From: Methanotrichaceae archaeon
Lineage (GTDB): Archaea > Halobacteriota > Methanosarcinia > Methanotrichales > Methanotrichaceae
NCBI GenBank assembly: GCA_963803145.1
Contig: CAWDLW010000044.1
Span: forward strand, 1 to 48,226
Direction of reading: 5' to 3'
Length of the DNA: 48,226 nt
Shown one piece after another: positions 27,734 through 37,635 of the stretch; the first letter of the stretch is position 1; every line of letters starts with the position of its first letter. The notes under the pieces are model-generated. The model ran no database searches. It worked only from the letters and a program-made list of their open reading frames with translations, and had not been told where the DNA came from. Position numbers and translations under genes: made by a program.

Positions 27734-28042
27734 ATGGAATTTTGTCCCAGTTGTAAAAGCATTATGTTGCCCAAAGAAGGCATGATGGTCTGCAGGAAGT
27801 GTGGACATAAGATACCCAAGCCCCCAAAGGAATCAATGGTCAGCAAGACCAAGCAGCTTGATCGCGCTGTGCCTGTGCTCGAAGAGGAGTCAGCAGGACT
27901 TCCCACGACCAATGCAAGATGCTCCGACTGCGGGAACAACCTCGCCTACTGGTGGCTGCGCCAGCTACGATCCGCAGACGAGAGTGAGGTCAGGTTCTTC
28001 AGGTGCACTAAATGCGGCAAAACGTGGAGAGAGTACGATTAA
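27734..28042 (+). CDS. tfs: transcription elongation factor TFS
   Basis: MEFCPSC...CRKCG; C..CG...QLRSADE...FFRCTKCG.TWREY. Confidence 0.95.
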   Translation: MEFCPSCKSIMLPKEGMMVCRKCGHKIPKPPKESMVSKTKQLDRAVPVLEEESAGLPTTNARCSDCGNNLAYWWLRQLRSADESEVRFFRCTKCGKTWREYD

Positions 28043-28089
28043 ACTAAAGAAAATATGACTAAAGTAAACTAGAGAAAATACGACTAAGG
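28040..28089 (+). repeat. 25-bp imperfect tandem repeat upstream of pcn
   Basis: TAAACTAAAGAAAATATGACTAAAG / TAAACTAGAGAAAATACGACTAAGG. Confidence 0.7.
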
Positions 28090-28136
28090 ATAAACTATAT
28101 TAAATATTAAATTCTCACCTTCCAGGAGGCTCTAGG

Positions 28137-28871
28137 ATGTTCAAGGCAGTAATTAACGCAGAAACTTTACGCGATGCAATTGAAGCCGTATCCTCTTTAG
28201 TCGACGAGGTAAAGTTCTCTATATCTGAAAACGGTGTGGAACTGAAGGCTGTTGATCCCGCTAACGTCGCAATGGTATCATTGAAGATCGGCGCAGATGC
28301 GTTTGAATATTTCAAAGCAGATCAAAGAGAGATTGGAGTAGACTTGGTGCGCCTGAGCGATGTCTTGAGCATGGCGGACAAGGGCGAGAACGTGCAGCTT
28401 GAGCTGGACGAGGAAGGCCATAAGCTCAAGATAGGAGTTGGATCATTATCATACACGCTAAGCCTGATCGATCCGACGGCGATCAGAAAGGAGCCGAGGA
28501 TACCTGAACTTGATCTGCCCGCACATGTAACATTGCCGGGTGGAGAGTTCAGAAGAGCTGTAAAAGCCGCTGAGAAGGTCAGCGATCATGTCATCCTAGG
28601 AGTCTCGGATGAGGGCTTTTACATGGAGGCTAAAGGGGATATCGATTCACTCAAGCTTAATATTCCAAGCACAGAGCTCTTAGGTATAAAGCCGGGCGAG
28701 GCTAGATCGCTATTCTCGCTGGATTACCTGGAGGATATGAGCAAATCCATTGGAAAAGCACAAGAGGTCACATTGGAACTTGGGATAGATTATCCTCTCA
28801 GAGTCGGCTTTAAGATCGGCCAGTCTATCGAGATCAATTACCTTCTAGCTCCGCGCATTGAGCAGGAATGA
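28137..28871 (+). CDS. pcn: DNA polymerase sliding clamp PCNA
   Basis: AVDPANVAMV, SLFSLDYL, YLLAPRIE. Confidence 0.96.
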   Translation: MFKAVINAETLRDAIEAVSSLVDEVKFSISENGVELKAVDPANVAMVSLKIGADAFEYFKADQREIGVDLVRLSDVLSMADKGENVQLELDEEGHKLKIGVGSLSYTLSLIDPTAIRKEPRIPELDLPAHVTLPGGEFRRAVKAAEKVSDHVILGVSDEGFYMEAKGDIDSLKLNIPSTELLGIKPGEARSLFSLDYLEDMSKSIGKAQEVTLELGIDYPLRVGFKIGQSIEINYLLAPRIEQE

Positions 28872-29926
28872 AGATATCGGACTATCCTTTTACTCAAGAG
28901 GCAGCAGAATATGTTCGAGGGACCGGCTACTCGCTAACGAGCCTGCTCGAAAAAAATTCTTTTAAACCAATCAGAAGTAGAGCATTTGAGCGTGTAGAGG
29001 GCGCAATAAGCGGCGAAATCCAAGATAGGCAGACAAGCAAGGACGCCGAGATTCTGGCAGAACTGCTGTCATATCCAATGGCAAGGGTCATCATTTCATG
29101 CCTTGGAGATCAGCTTCTTGTGAGAAGATATGCTCTGGCTGAGGCAAAGCTTGCCTACAGCAGAATGAGGAGAGATCAAGAAGGCATTCTGCCAATAGCC
29201 GAGGATCTAGGGATTCATCCACATGGGCAGAATGATCCACTAAAAATTCACTTTTCAGAGTATATCCATGCAGCCCACAGGATGCGGAGTCCAAGATGGA
29301 AGCTGGTAAATAGAGATCTCGATGAGGGCTATCTGACAATTACCAGAGAGGAATTGATGCGCCTCATGGAGGAGATGGTAAGGGACAGGGTCATAAAGAG
29401 CCTTCCGTTAGAGGTCGATGAGACTGTCTGCAAAAAGCTTGCCGAATATATTAAGCCCATTAAATCAGAGCTCGATGTCTTAAAGGCGAGGCAGAAGGTG
29501 GATCTTGGAAAGATTGAGGAGGGAGCATTTCCACCATGCATAAAGAGTATGCTATCTCAGGTCTCTGCAGGCACAAACCTAGGCCATTCGGCTCGTTTTG
29601 CGCTTACGAGCTTTCTTCTTCAGATCAACATGTCAGTTGAGGATGTGATCGCGCTCTTCAACACAAGCCCCGATTTCGATGAGGAGAGAACACGCTACCA
29701 GGTAGAACATATTGCAGGGGCGAGCGGAACTAAGTATAAGCCTCCATCTTGCTCTACAATGACAACGTATGGGAACTGCCCCGGCGAGGATGAACTTTGC
29801 AAAAGGATACGCCATCCTCTGAGCTACTATGAACGCAGAATAAAACAAGGCTTGGAGAAGAATGTAAATAGAAGTCATCTCGAGCATCCTGAGCAACAAT
29901 CAGTTAGCCCTTTAAAAAGAAAATAA
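28868..29926 (+). CDS. priL: DNA primase large subunit
   Basis: YPF, WKLVNR, FPPCI, H.ARFAL, PDFDE..TRYQVEHI, Y.PPSC Fe-S motifs. Confidence 0.94.
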   Translation: MKISDYPFTQEAAEYVRGTGYSLTSLLEKNSFKPIRSRAFERVEGAISGEIQDRQTSKDAEILAELLSYPMARVIISCLGDQLLVRRYALAEAKLAYSRMRRDQEGILPIAEDLGIHPHGQNDPLKIHFSEYIHAAHRMRSPRWKLVNRDLDEGYLTITREELMRLMEEMVRDRVIKSLPLEVDETVCKKLAEYIKPIKSELDVLKARQKVDLGKIEEGAFPPCIKSMLSQVSAGTNLGHSARFALTSFLLQINMSVEDVIALFNTSPDFDEERTRYQVEHIAGASGTKYKPPSCSTMTTYGNCPGEDELCKRIRHPLSYYERRIKQGLEKNVNRSHLEHPEQQSVSPLKRK

Positions 29927-29951
29927 AAAATAGGTGGAAAGGCCAAGCGGC

Positions 29952-30089
29952 TCACTTGATCTTTTTCTCAAGCTTCTTGAGCCTCTTCTTGGCGAATTTG
30001 CTACCCGCAGCTGCCTCCTTCGCAAGCTCTTCTGCTTTGGCTTTCTTTACCTTGTTCAGCTTCTCCAGCTGTTTCTTACTCGTTGGCAT
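29952..30089 (-). CDS. 45-aa highly basic small protein (MPTSKKQLEKLNKVKKAKAEELAKEAAAGSKFAKKRLKKLEKKIK)
   Basis: Translated by hand; GGAAGGTGA SD; AAG-rich codons; downstream T-tracts. Confidence 0.75.
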   Translation of the reverse strand: MPTSKKQLEKLNKVKKAKAEELAKEAAAGSKFAKKRLKKLEKKIK

Positions 30090-30163
30090 AAAGTCACCTT
30101 CCTAAGCATTTAGCGGATTCTCTTAAGCCTTTTTCCCTCTTAGAAATCATCACTATCAAAATA

Positions 30164-32020
30164 CTATCGCGATAAATCCTCCAGTACCTCTCCTGCCGAC
30201 TCATCCACCGATATTCCAACAGTAGTGATACTTCTAAACTCATCGGATTTCAGATAAGCGATGAAGGACTTCACAGCATCATTCTTCATTCCTGCTTCTG
30301 TAGCCAAAAAGTCTATTCTGTCCGATGCTGTCGCCTTAAAGAATAGCCCTCTTGATTCAGCTGCAGCCATCGCCCCGAAGCCTATATCAGCTTTTTCCAA
30401 AGCGACTGCTGTTGCCACAGCCGAATGAGTCCTGGCCTGGCCGATGATCTCCAGATCCTTTGGATCTAAGCATAGTTCAATCAATGATCTCTGAAGCAAG
30501 CGGTTCATCTCAGAGTCTTTCGACCATCCGAAGATTTTCGCCTCTTTAATCTTCTCAGGTTCAAAAGACGAAGAATCCTTCGCCATCAAGCCGAGATTTC
30601 GGATATAGCCTCGTATCCAAATCAATCCATCTCGATGGGTTAGAGCTTCATCCTTCTGATGAGAAATGGATGATATATCAGCTATGCCATCCTCAGCCAT
30701 GATTATGCCGCGCCTGCTGCCGTTTGATATAAATCTGGTCTGATAGGGCAGCTTCTCGATTAGGGCCTCAAGGATAGGGCAATCTTCGCCTGTTATCGTC
30801 AGGTCAGGCACCTCTGGACCAACAAAGAGTCGTACCTCGACAGGCTCACCTTTCTCAATGTACTCAACTCCAAAGGGTATTTCAATCGTCCCATCTGCAA
30901 GGGCGAGTGTCGTTATCGAGCCACTTCCCTTGTCCATTGGGTATATAACATCGTTTGAAACGCCAACTGCCAGCATCTGATGGCGGCCTTCGGATCTTAC
31001 CGGCTGCGCCAGCCTACCACTGATAGTGTTCTCTCGTTTCTTGAGGCCAAGGGCCTTTCTGATTGCGGGAGCTGCCAGAAGCTCAAAAACGGTCAGAGCG
31101 CTCGTAGGATAGCCTGGGAGACCGATACATGGCTTGCCTTCGATAATGCCAAAGATCGTCGGCTTGCCAGGTTTCAGGTTCACTCCGTGAAAAATAGTTT
31201 CTCCTACTTCATCCAGTACCTGATACATCATGTCTCCAACACCGGCAGATGTGCTGCCGCTGATAAGGAGCATTGAGCACTCCTCTGCCATCCTTCGCAG
31301 AGCTTCCGTCATAGAATGCTTATCGTCAGGCAGAATGCTATACCTGATAGGCGTAGCCCCGCATTCCCTAACGGCAGCAGCTATAGAATAAGAGTTGATA
31401 TCAGAGAGCTTTCCAGGCAGCAGATCCTGGCCAGGATTTACCAGCTCATTGCCGGTTGAGGCTACTCCCACCAACAAATCCCTCACAAGTACGCTAACTT
31501 TTCCAACAGCTGCAAGAACCCCTATCTCACGCGCCGTGAGCCTTGTTCCAGGGCGGAGCACTGTCTCGCCCACCATTATATCGCTGCCTGCAGCAGCTAC
31601 ATTCTCGCCTCGATGAACCGGCCTGAATATCAAAACAGAGTCGGCCTTTGCCTCAGAGTACTCGACCATAGCTACAGCATCGGCTCCATTCGGCATCATA
31701 GAGCCTGTCGACACCTCGGCAGCAGTCCCAAAAGCTACCTCGATCTTTGGAGCAGTGCCCATCGGCACGCTGCCTACAAGCTTGAGAACTACAGGCTGAT
31801 CATCTCTGGCATGGAAAGAGTCCGTGGAGAGGATGGCATACCCATCCATAGAAGCTCTGCGAAAGCCAGGAACATCAAACTCAGAGATTATCTTCTCTGC
31901 GAGGACTTGCCCAAATGCAGAATCCAGAGGGACTCTCCGCTCTTCAGGCACGGGAATACGGCTGAGAACTTGAGACCTGGCTTCATCGAGCGTTAGAAGG
32001 CTCCGGAACTCCTTTCGCAT
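30164..32020 (-). CDS. moeA: molybdopterin molybdotransferase MoeA fused to C-terminal periplasmic-binding-like domain
   Basis: ASMDGYA, STGSMMP.GADAV, STGNEL, KPGKPT, GLPGYPTS; C-terminal TH..VA..V....AD.G.G. Confidence 0.9.
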   Translation of the reverse strand: MRKEFRSLLTLDEARSQVLSRIPVPEERRVPLDSAFGQVLAEKIISEFDVPGFRRASMDGYAILSTDSFHARDDQPVVLKLVGSVPMGTAPKIEVAFGTAAEVSTGSMMPNGADAVAMVEYSEAKADSVLIFRPVHRGENVAAAGSDIMVGETVLRPGTRLTAREIGVLAAVGKVSVLVRDLLVGVASTGNELVNPGQDLLPGKLSDINSYSIAAAVRECGATPIRYSILPDDKHSMTEALRRMAEECSMLLISGSTSAGVGDMMYQVLDEVGETIFHGVNLKPGKPTIFGIIEGKPCIGLPGYPTSALTVFELLAAPAIRKALGLKKRENTISGRLAQPVRSEGRHQMLAVGVSNDVIYPMDKGSGSITTLALADGTIEIPFGVEYIEKGEPVEVRLFVGPEVPDLTITGEDCPILEALIEKLPYQTRFISNGSRRGIIMAEDGIADISSISHQKDEALTHRDGLIWIRGYIRNLGLMAKDSSSFEPEKIKEAKIFGWSKDSEMNRLLQRSLIELCLDPKDLEIIGQARTHSAVATAVALEKADIGFGAMAAAESRGLFFKATASDRIDFLATEAGMKNDAVKSFIAYLKSDEFRSITTVGISVDESAGEVLEDLSR

Positions 32021-32068
32021 ATTTTTAACTTCGGCCTCAAAAGTTATAAAATCTGGCCTATATCTGGC

Positions 32069-33157
32069 CTATAGCTTAGCCGACCTGTCTCTAAGCAGGT
32101 GATCTGCAAGCACTAGGGCCACCATTGCCTCTGCGACTGGGACAATTCTCGGGGGTATTGCAGGATCATGCCTTCCCTTTATTGAAATTTGAGCATCATC
32201 TAGCAGAGATATATCCACAGTTCGTTGTACCAAGGAGATCGATGGAGTAGGCTTGACCGCGATTCTGCAAATTATTGGAGCACCAGTGGATATACCGCCA
32301 AGGATGCCTCCTGCATTATTCGTCTCGAAATCGATCTTGCCATCCTTAAAAATTAGTGGATCATTCATTTCGCTTCCGCGCATGCGGGCGCTATCAATAC
32401 CTGCCCCTATTTCCACAGCCTTAACAGCGCCGAGACTCATAAGTGCCTTCGCCAGATCTGCATCTAACTTATCGAAGACAGGTTCGCCGAGTCCAGGGGG
32501 AACACCCTTGGCAATTGCGACTACAATTCCGCCGAGGCTATCACCCTGCCGTCTGACATCATCAAGAAGCTGAAGCATCTTCTCTGCTGCCTTCTGGTCC
32601 GGGCAACGAATGGGGTTAGATTCTGCAAGGGATCTAAGTTCGGAGAGTTCCAAATTTGGAATCGATGCCTCTATTCCTCCAAGCTCTGACACATAGCCTG
32701 CGATCTCGACTCCATTTATGGCCAGAAGTTTTTTTGCTATTGCACCTGCCGCCACACGACCGACGGTCTCACGGGCCGATGCCCTACCTCCGCCACGGTG
32801 ATCTCGGATTCCATACTTCGCCTGGTAGGCGTAATCGGCATGCCCTGGGCGAGGAGTGTTCTTGATGGCATCATAAGCGCTTGAATCTGCATCCTTGTTC
32901 CAGACAACCATGGAGATCGGAGTTCCTGTCGTATTTCCCTCAAATATGCCGCTCAAAATCTCCACACGATCCTCCTCTTTGCGCTGTGTGGATGCTCTGC
33001 TCTGGCCTGGACGCCTGCGATCCAGCTCCTTCTGTATATCAGCAGATGAGAGCTCAAGTCCTGCCGGGCAGCCGTCCACAACGACGCCCACGGCTCGACC
33101 GTGCGATTCGCCCCAGGTAGTTGTTTTAAAGATAACGCCAAATGTGTTGCTTGACAT
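32069..33157 (-). CDS. aroC: chorismate synthase
   Basis: [39 protein letters not shown]. Confidence 0.97.
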   Translation of the reverse strand: MSSNTFGVIFKTTTWGESHGRAVGVVVDGCPAGLELSSADIQKELDRRRPGQSRASTQRKEEDRVEILSGIFEGNTTGTPISMVVWNKDADSSAYDAIKNTPRPGHADYAYQAKYGIRDHRGGGRASARETVGRVAAGAIAKKLLAINGVEIAGYVSELGGIEASIPNLELSELRSLAESNPIRCPDQKAAEKMLQLLDDVRRQGDSLGGIVVAIAKGVPPGLGEPVFDKLDADLAKALMSLGAVKAVEIGAGIDSARMRGSEMNDPLIFKDGKIDFETNNAGGILGGISTGAPIICRIAVKPTPSISLVQRTVDISLLDDAQISIKGRHDPAIPPRIVPVAEAMVALVLADHLLRDRSAKL

Positions 33158-33379
33158 GTGAGAATTCCAATCCTTAGTAAATTAAAATAACATTAATAGA
33201 TTGTGATAGGATTTCAATGGAGTTCATTACTAAATTAATTCTTTTAAGGTTTCAGAAGTATTATCTCAATAGAAATAATTGTTGTGCCAACTATTACTCT
33301 GTATAATTATCGATATTCAGGAAATCGTTATATGTCACCATAAAACGAAAACTTTATAAAAATGCAAATGGATTGGAGA

Positions 33380-33556
33380 GTAACCCTACGTGAGGAAAAG
33401 TCACGCCTCCCGCCCTGCGGCAAATGCGGATCAGGCGTCACTGCAGAATATGAGAGGGTTGGAAGATAGGGGAAGCGGAAGAAACAGCAGGTCAGAAAGC
33501 TGAAGCGAGGAGAAGAGGTCGTTAGGTCGTTCCTAAAGACGGCCTCTATTGGATCC
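33380..33556 (+). ncRNA. candidate structured non-coding RNA
   Basis: BRE/TATA CGAAAACTTTATAAA at ~33346-33360; nested helices AACCCT/AGGGTT, GTGA/TCAC, GCCT/AGGC, CCGC/GCGG; 3' hairpin 33514-33547. Confidence 0.4.
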
Positions 33557-33562
33557 AACAGT

Positions 33563-34426
33563 TCAACGCACAGTATTTTTTAAGGCATTCGCTATCATCG
33601 GCGCTACCGATACTGTAGAAACGCCTTTGTCCAGAGTATCTGTTGCAAAAACGGCTTCCACGCCAGAGCGGTAAAGCTTGAGGATTGCAGAGCCTGTCAG
33701 GACAGGATGGACTGCCGCTAGATATACTCTCTTTGCCCCCTGATTGCGCAGCATTGTGATTACAGTAGCCATTGTTCCGCCTGTTGCAATCATATCATCA
33801 AATATGACCACATCCCTGCCCAAGACATCTATCTCCTTCGGGGCCATCGAGACCTCAGTCCCGCTTAGCCTCGTCTTCTGCAAATAATCACACTCAGCCC
33901 CCATTCGTGAGGCTGCAGTCTGTGCCATTGCCACCGCCCCTTTATCAGGGGATATAACTACGGGATTCTTAAGGCCAAGGGAGTGGATCTTATCTGCCAG
34001 TAGCGCTGTTGCGTCCAAATTCTTCGATCCACACTTGAAATGAGAAAGTATCGATTTCGCATGAATGTTAATAAGATAAACATATCCGTTTTCAAGAAAT
34101 GGGTTGAGTGCAAAGGCTATTGCTCTTGCAGTCATCGCCTCACCAGGGCGGAAGATTTTATCCTGGCGGGCATAGCCAAAATATGGTATCACAAGGGAGA
34201 CTTTCCTATCCTGACAGATATCTAAGAGCTGAAGCAAACAGGTTATATCGCGGTCTGAAGGGGTTGATTGAATTATTACAACATCGTCATCCAGCTCAGA
34301 AACTACCTGAGTGTATGTCTCTCCATCCGGAAATGTCCTATAATCGCAAAGGGCAATCTCTTCGCCCAGAATAGCCGCAACTTTGCAGGCCAGAAGCTGT
34401 GAAGCCGGCCCTCCAATGATCACCAA
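33563..34426 (-). CDS. prs: ribose-phosphate pyrophosphokinase
   Basis: FPDGE, PYFGYARQD, SPDKGA, DDMIATGGT. Confidence 0.95.
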   Translation of the reverse strand: MVIIGGPASQLLACKVAAILGEEIALCDYRTFPDGETYTQVVSELDDDVVIIQSTPSDRDITCLLQLLDICQDRKVSLVIPYFGYARQDKIFRPGEAMTARAIAFALNPFLENGYVYLINIHAKSILSHFKCGSKNLDATALLADKIHSLGLKNPVVISPDKGAVAMAQTAASRMGAECDYLQKTRLSGTEVSMAPKEIDVLGRDVVIFDDMIATGGTMATVITMLRNQGAKRVYLAAVHPVLTGSAILKLYRSGVEAVFATDTLDKGVSTVSVAPMIANALKNTVR

Positions 34427-34442
34427 AACACCTCTGCTGTCC

Positions 34443-35777
34443 TTAGCTGCCTACGACCTTCATCTTTACTCTAACAGTTGGAGTGACTATTGCTCCGACT
34501 GCACGCACGTCTTTGCCCACATCAATATCCTTCAGAAGATCAAAGATGTTTCCTGCAAGCATCAGGGATCGTATCGGTCTCGCAGCCTCGCCCGGGGACA
34601 CATAAAACGAGTTCCTGGCCTCGACAGAGAAGTCGCCGGAGATAGGATTGGCTGTATGCGCGCCGATTAAGCTATTAACCAATATACCTTTTGTCTCCGA
34701 TAGGAGATCAAATGGCTCGCTAGAGCTTACAATGAGGTTTCTTATGCTTACCCTCGGAATCTCCGAGTATCCAGAGCGTGCGGCATTGCCTGTGGACTTC
34801 ACGCCTGCTTTGCCTGCAGTGTAGCTGTCGTAAAGGAATTGCACCAGCTGGCCATTCTTGACCAAGGGCGTTATCTGAGATGGAACGCCCTCGCCATCGA
34901 AGGCTGACGAGCCCATTCCGCCCTGCAGCAGGCCATCATCGATCATGCTCAGCCTTTCAGAGGCTATATTTTCGCCAATCTTGCTTACTAAGGATGATCT
35001 GCCCTTCTGTATGTTATCTGCAGAGATCGACGGCACAAAGGTATATTCGAGGATCTCCGCAAAAGCAATCGGTTTAAGAAGAATATAAGAAGTACCGGTC
35101 TCTGCCTTTATACCGCCCAAAGAATCTCTTGCCATCTCTGCTGCAGATCTACCGACCTCCTGAAGATCCGCTTTCATAAGACGCGAGTTGTGGAATTCGC
35201 CACCAGTGGCAACATCGGCATCTTTGGCTATCGCCTCGAAAGATGCGTGCATAACTGTGCTCTTCTCTGAAAGCTCGACTCCCCTGGAGTTCAATACGAA
35301 CTCTGTTCCTGCGACGCAAGTGATTCCACCAGAAAGAGGCTCTATATCATTAATCTGAGAGCATCCTTGGAGTATGCTCATTGAAATGTCAATACATTCC
35401 TCAGGGGTAATCTTCTCAAGGTTCAGGTCAAAGATGTTTTCAGGCTTCTGGATCTTCTCCGGAAGGGGAAGGGAGCGCCAGGACTCATCAGCGCCTCTGG
35501 CACGTGCAGATCTTACAGCACTGCGGGCAACAGACTCGAGCCTTGCCATATCGCTTGTGCTGGAGAAACCGACAGCCCCATTCACTACCGCCCTCAGACC
35601 AAGGCCGCGATGGAAGCTCTCGCTAGCAAGCTCAATCTCATTTTTCCTAAGATCAATATCTACTGAGCGCCCGCTGATGCCAAAGATCTCTGCCTCCTCT
35701 GCACCCTCGCGCTCGGCTATTGCCATAAGCTTATGGCCATAGCCTATAAGGTCACCCGATATACCTGAGATCCTCAT
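34443..35777 (-). CDS. TldD/PmbA (TldE) family protein
   Basis: FDGEGVP, STGNAAR, AN.ISGDFS motifs; start codon uncertain. Confidence 0.88.
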   Translation of the reverse strand: MRISGISGDLIGYGHKLMAIAEREGAEEAEIFGISGRSVDIDLRKNEIELASESFHRGLGLRAVVNGAVGFSSTSDMARLESVARSAVRSARARGADESWRSLPLPEKIQKPENIFDLNLEKITPEECIDISMSILQGCSQINDIEPLSGGITCVAGTEFVLNSRGVELSEKSTVMHASFEAIAKDADVATGGEFHNSRLMKADLQEVGRSAAEMARDSLGGIKAETGTSYILLKPIAFAEILEYTFVPSISADNIQKGRSSLVSKIGENIASERLSMIDDGLLQGGMGSSAFDGEGVPSQITPLVKNGQLVQFLYDSYTAGKAGVKSTGNAARSGYSEIPRVSIRNLIVSSSEPFDLLSETKGILVNSLIGAHTANPISGDFSVEARNSFYVSPGEAARPIRSLMLAGNIFDLLKDIDVGKDVRAVGAIVTPTVRVKMKVVGS

Positions 35778-36522
35778 CGCCCCCACATTCATAAGGTGCC
35801 TGGGCCTTCTCCATCTCCTGGAGCTTGCCTATAATCTTCTCCATCTCCTTCGCACGCTCCTCCAGTGCCTGCATTCCTACCTCGATCTTTAAGACCTTTG
35901 ATAGTACTCTGAGGACCTCCTGGGCCGCCTTAGGATCTACAAGGTAGCCGCTTGTAACCCCCATAAGACAAACAGCATCGATTGCGCGAAGACTGCCGAG
36001 GCCCAGCAGCAGACCTGAGACGCCTATGATCCCTCCGCCAGGTTCGTTCTCATGGAAGATTATGCCATGCCCCTTCATTTCCTCAACGAGTTCTAGTTTA
36101 TTCGTGGCACCAAGAACCGATGGCTTGTCCACGAACTGGCCGGTGCCATAGCCTCCCAGGGCATAGATTCTTGTAACACCGAAGCTCTCGGCGATATCGA
36201 GGAAAATGCCTGTCAGCTCGTAATGCCCTTCATTTGTTGCGCTCTGATAATCTCCGATAAGAAGCAGTAAGTCCGGCTGACCATCTTTTCCCTTATAAGC
36301 ATAAATTTCATTTCTGACCTGCTTGATGGTTCCGTTCTCACTGACCATTACCTGCGGAGGAAAATGAGGAGAGTAGATCTCTATGATCTTCTCAGCCTTA
36401 AGCTCCTCGACCATATGATCTGCAACAAGCTTACCGACATGACCTACGCCAGGCAGCCCTTCTACCAGTATTGGATCTTTCAGCGATACATCCTTAATCT
36501 TGCGAACTAGTGTCTCCTTCAT
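35752..36522 (-). CDS. proteasome assembly chaperone (PAC2 family)
   Basis: EGLPGVGHVGKL, FPPQV, ALGGY, G.SGLLL, GYLVDP; follows nop10. Confidence 0.9.
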   Translation of the reverse strand: MKETLVRKIKDVSLKDPILVEGLPGVGHVGKLVADHMVEELKAEKIIEIYSPHFPPQVMVSENGTIKQVRNEIYAYKGKDGQPDLLLLIGDYQSATNEGHYELTGIFLDIAESFGVTRIYALGGYGTGQFVDKPSVLGATNKLELVEEMKGHGIIFHENEPGGGIIGVSGLLLGLGSLRAIDAVCLMGVTSGYLVDPKAAQEVLRVLSKVLKIEVGMQALEERAKEMEKIIGKLQEMEKAQAPYECGGDEDLRYIG

Positions 36523-36686
36523 TTGGCCGTCCTCTCCTGGCTTAATGCTCTCCTGTATTTACCATAATGATCTTCAGGAGAGAATCTAGCGGGCTTAGTG
36601 GTAATTGTAGGGCCCCCACATGCAGAGCACACCGCTTTAAGTGTATAACTGCAGCAGGCAGGGCACTTCATTATTTTGGATCTCAT
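36519..36686 (-). CDS. nop10: H/ACA RNP protein Nop10
   Basis: Hand translation MRSKIMKCPACCSYTLKAVCSACGG...PARFSPEDHYGKYRR; ATGA overlaps at both ends. Confidence 0.95.
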   Translation of the reverse strand: MRSKIMKCPACCSYTLKAVCSACGGPTITTKPARFSPEDHYGKYRRALSQERTAK

Positions 36687-37465
36687 GCTTCCCTATGGAA
36701 GGTGCCCTCGCCGCCATGTTGTTCGATGTACTTCACTGCAGATTGAGCTGCTTTCTTCAGAACAGACTCCGCGTGCTTATAATCGGGGGCAACGACATGG
36801 ATGCGGTATCTCGGCGCTCCAATGTATGATATATCAAGAGTTGCATCTTTATCTTTGATGCGCTTGGCCTGCTTCAGCGCTTTACGTATGACTTCAACTC
36901 CATCGGGTGCAGGAGAAGTGATATCTACGTAGCCACTGATCTCGACTGAGGGTATCTTGACGTTATCCTTTGAGAGCATTTCAAGGATCTTGATATCTTC
37001 TTCAGGTAAGCCAATGCCGGATAATGCCTCTACTCCTGTGATCGCAGTCTCCTCAAGAGCTATGTAGAGGCTTTCATAGGTGCCTACGACCGCACTTGCT
37101 ACACGCTGCATATCCTCAGGTTTGTCTTTGTAGGCCATCTCCAGCCATTTCCAGGCCTTCTGGTCTGCCTTCCACTCCTGGATCTTCTCCCTTCTTTGAT
37201 GCTCGTTTACATCCTTCAGAGATAGATCGATATGGTGCCTGGATTTATCTACATTCAGAACTTTGCAGACGATCTTTTGGCCCTCGCGAACGTGATCCCT
37301 TATGTACTTTATCCAGCCGCTGGCTACCTCGGATATGTGGATCAGCCCTTGCTTGCCCTCATATTCATCCAGCGAAACGAAGGCCCCAAAGTCTACCACT
37401 TGAGTTACAGTGCAAACAACGAGGTCGCCAGGCTCGGGCCAATCCTTACCCTGCATTTGGATCAC
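36683..37465 (-). CDS. eif2a: translation initiation factor aIF2 subunit alpha
   Basis: S1 domain GAFV.LDEY, IHISEVASGWI, IDLSLK; YIGAPRY. Confidence 0.96.
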   Translation of the reverse strand: MIQMQGKDWPEPGDLVVCTVTQVVDFGAFVSLDEYEGKQGLIHISEVASGWIKYIRDHVREGQKIVCKVLNVDKSRHHIDLSLKDVNEHQRREKIQEWKADQKAWKWLEMAYKDKPEDMQRVASAVVGTYESLYIALEETAITGVEALSGIGLPEEDIKILEMLSKDNVKIPSVEISGYVDITSPAPDGVEVIRKALKQAKRIKDKDATLDISYIGAPRYRIHVVAPDYKHAESVLKKAAQSAVKYIEQHGGEGTFHREA

Positions 37466-37633
37466 TCACTCTAGCACTTCTACCACTTGGGTCTTGATCT
37501 CTGCCTTGCCGCCCTTGGGCTCAGCAATAGTTCTTCCACAGACAAGGCATTTTACAGTCGTTGAGGCAGCGCTAAAGATTATCTGCTCGTTCTCGCAATC
37601 ATTACACTTTACTTTAATGAACTTGGATGGCAG
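37466..37633 (-). CDS. rps27e: 30S ribosomal protein S27e (CTG start)
   Basis: [19 protein letters not shown]...[18 protein letters not shown]; only near-cognate starts are available in frame. Confidence 0.95.
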   Translation of the reverse strand: MPSKFIKVKCNDCENEQIIFSAASTTVKCLVCGRTIAEPKGGKAEIKTQVVEVLE

Positions 37634-37635
37634 GT

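Noticed and set aside
33385-33500. RNase P RNA (GAGGAAAAGTC, GCAGAA, GAAAC fragments)
   Set aside because: The P4 complement and 3' conserved region were not found, and the segment is too short.
33362-33583. Small ORF with CGKCG and an in-frame TAG (33467) as pyrrolysine readthrough
   Set aside because: The ATG directly abuts the TATA box, upstream of the likely TSS. There is only one CxxC, no pyl genes in the window, and the readthrough frame would overlap prs.
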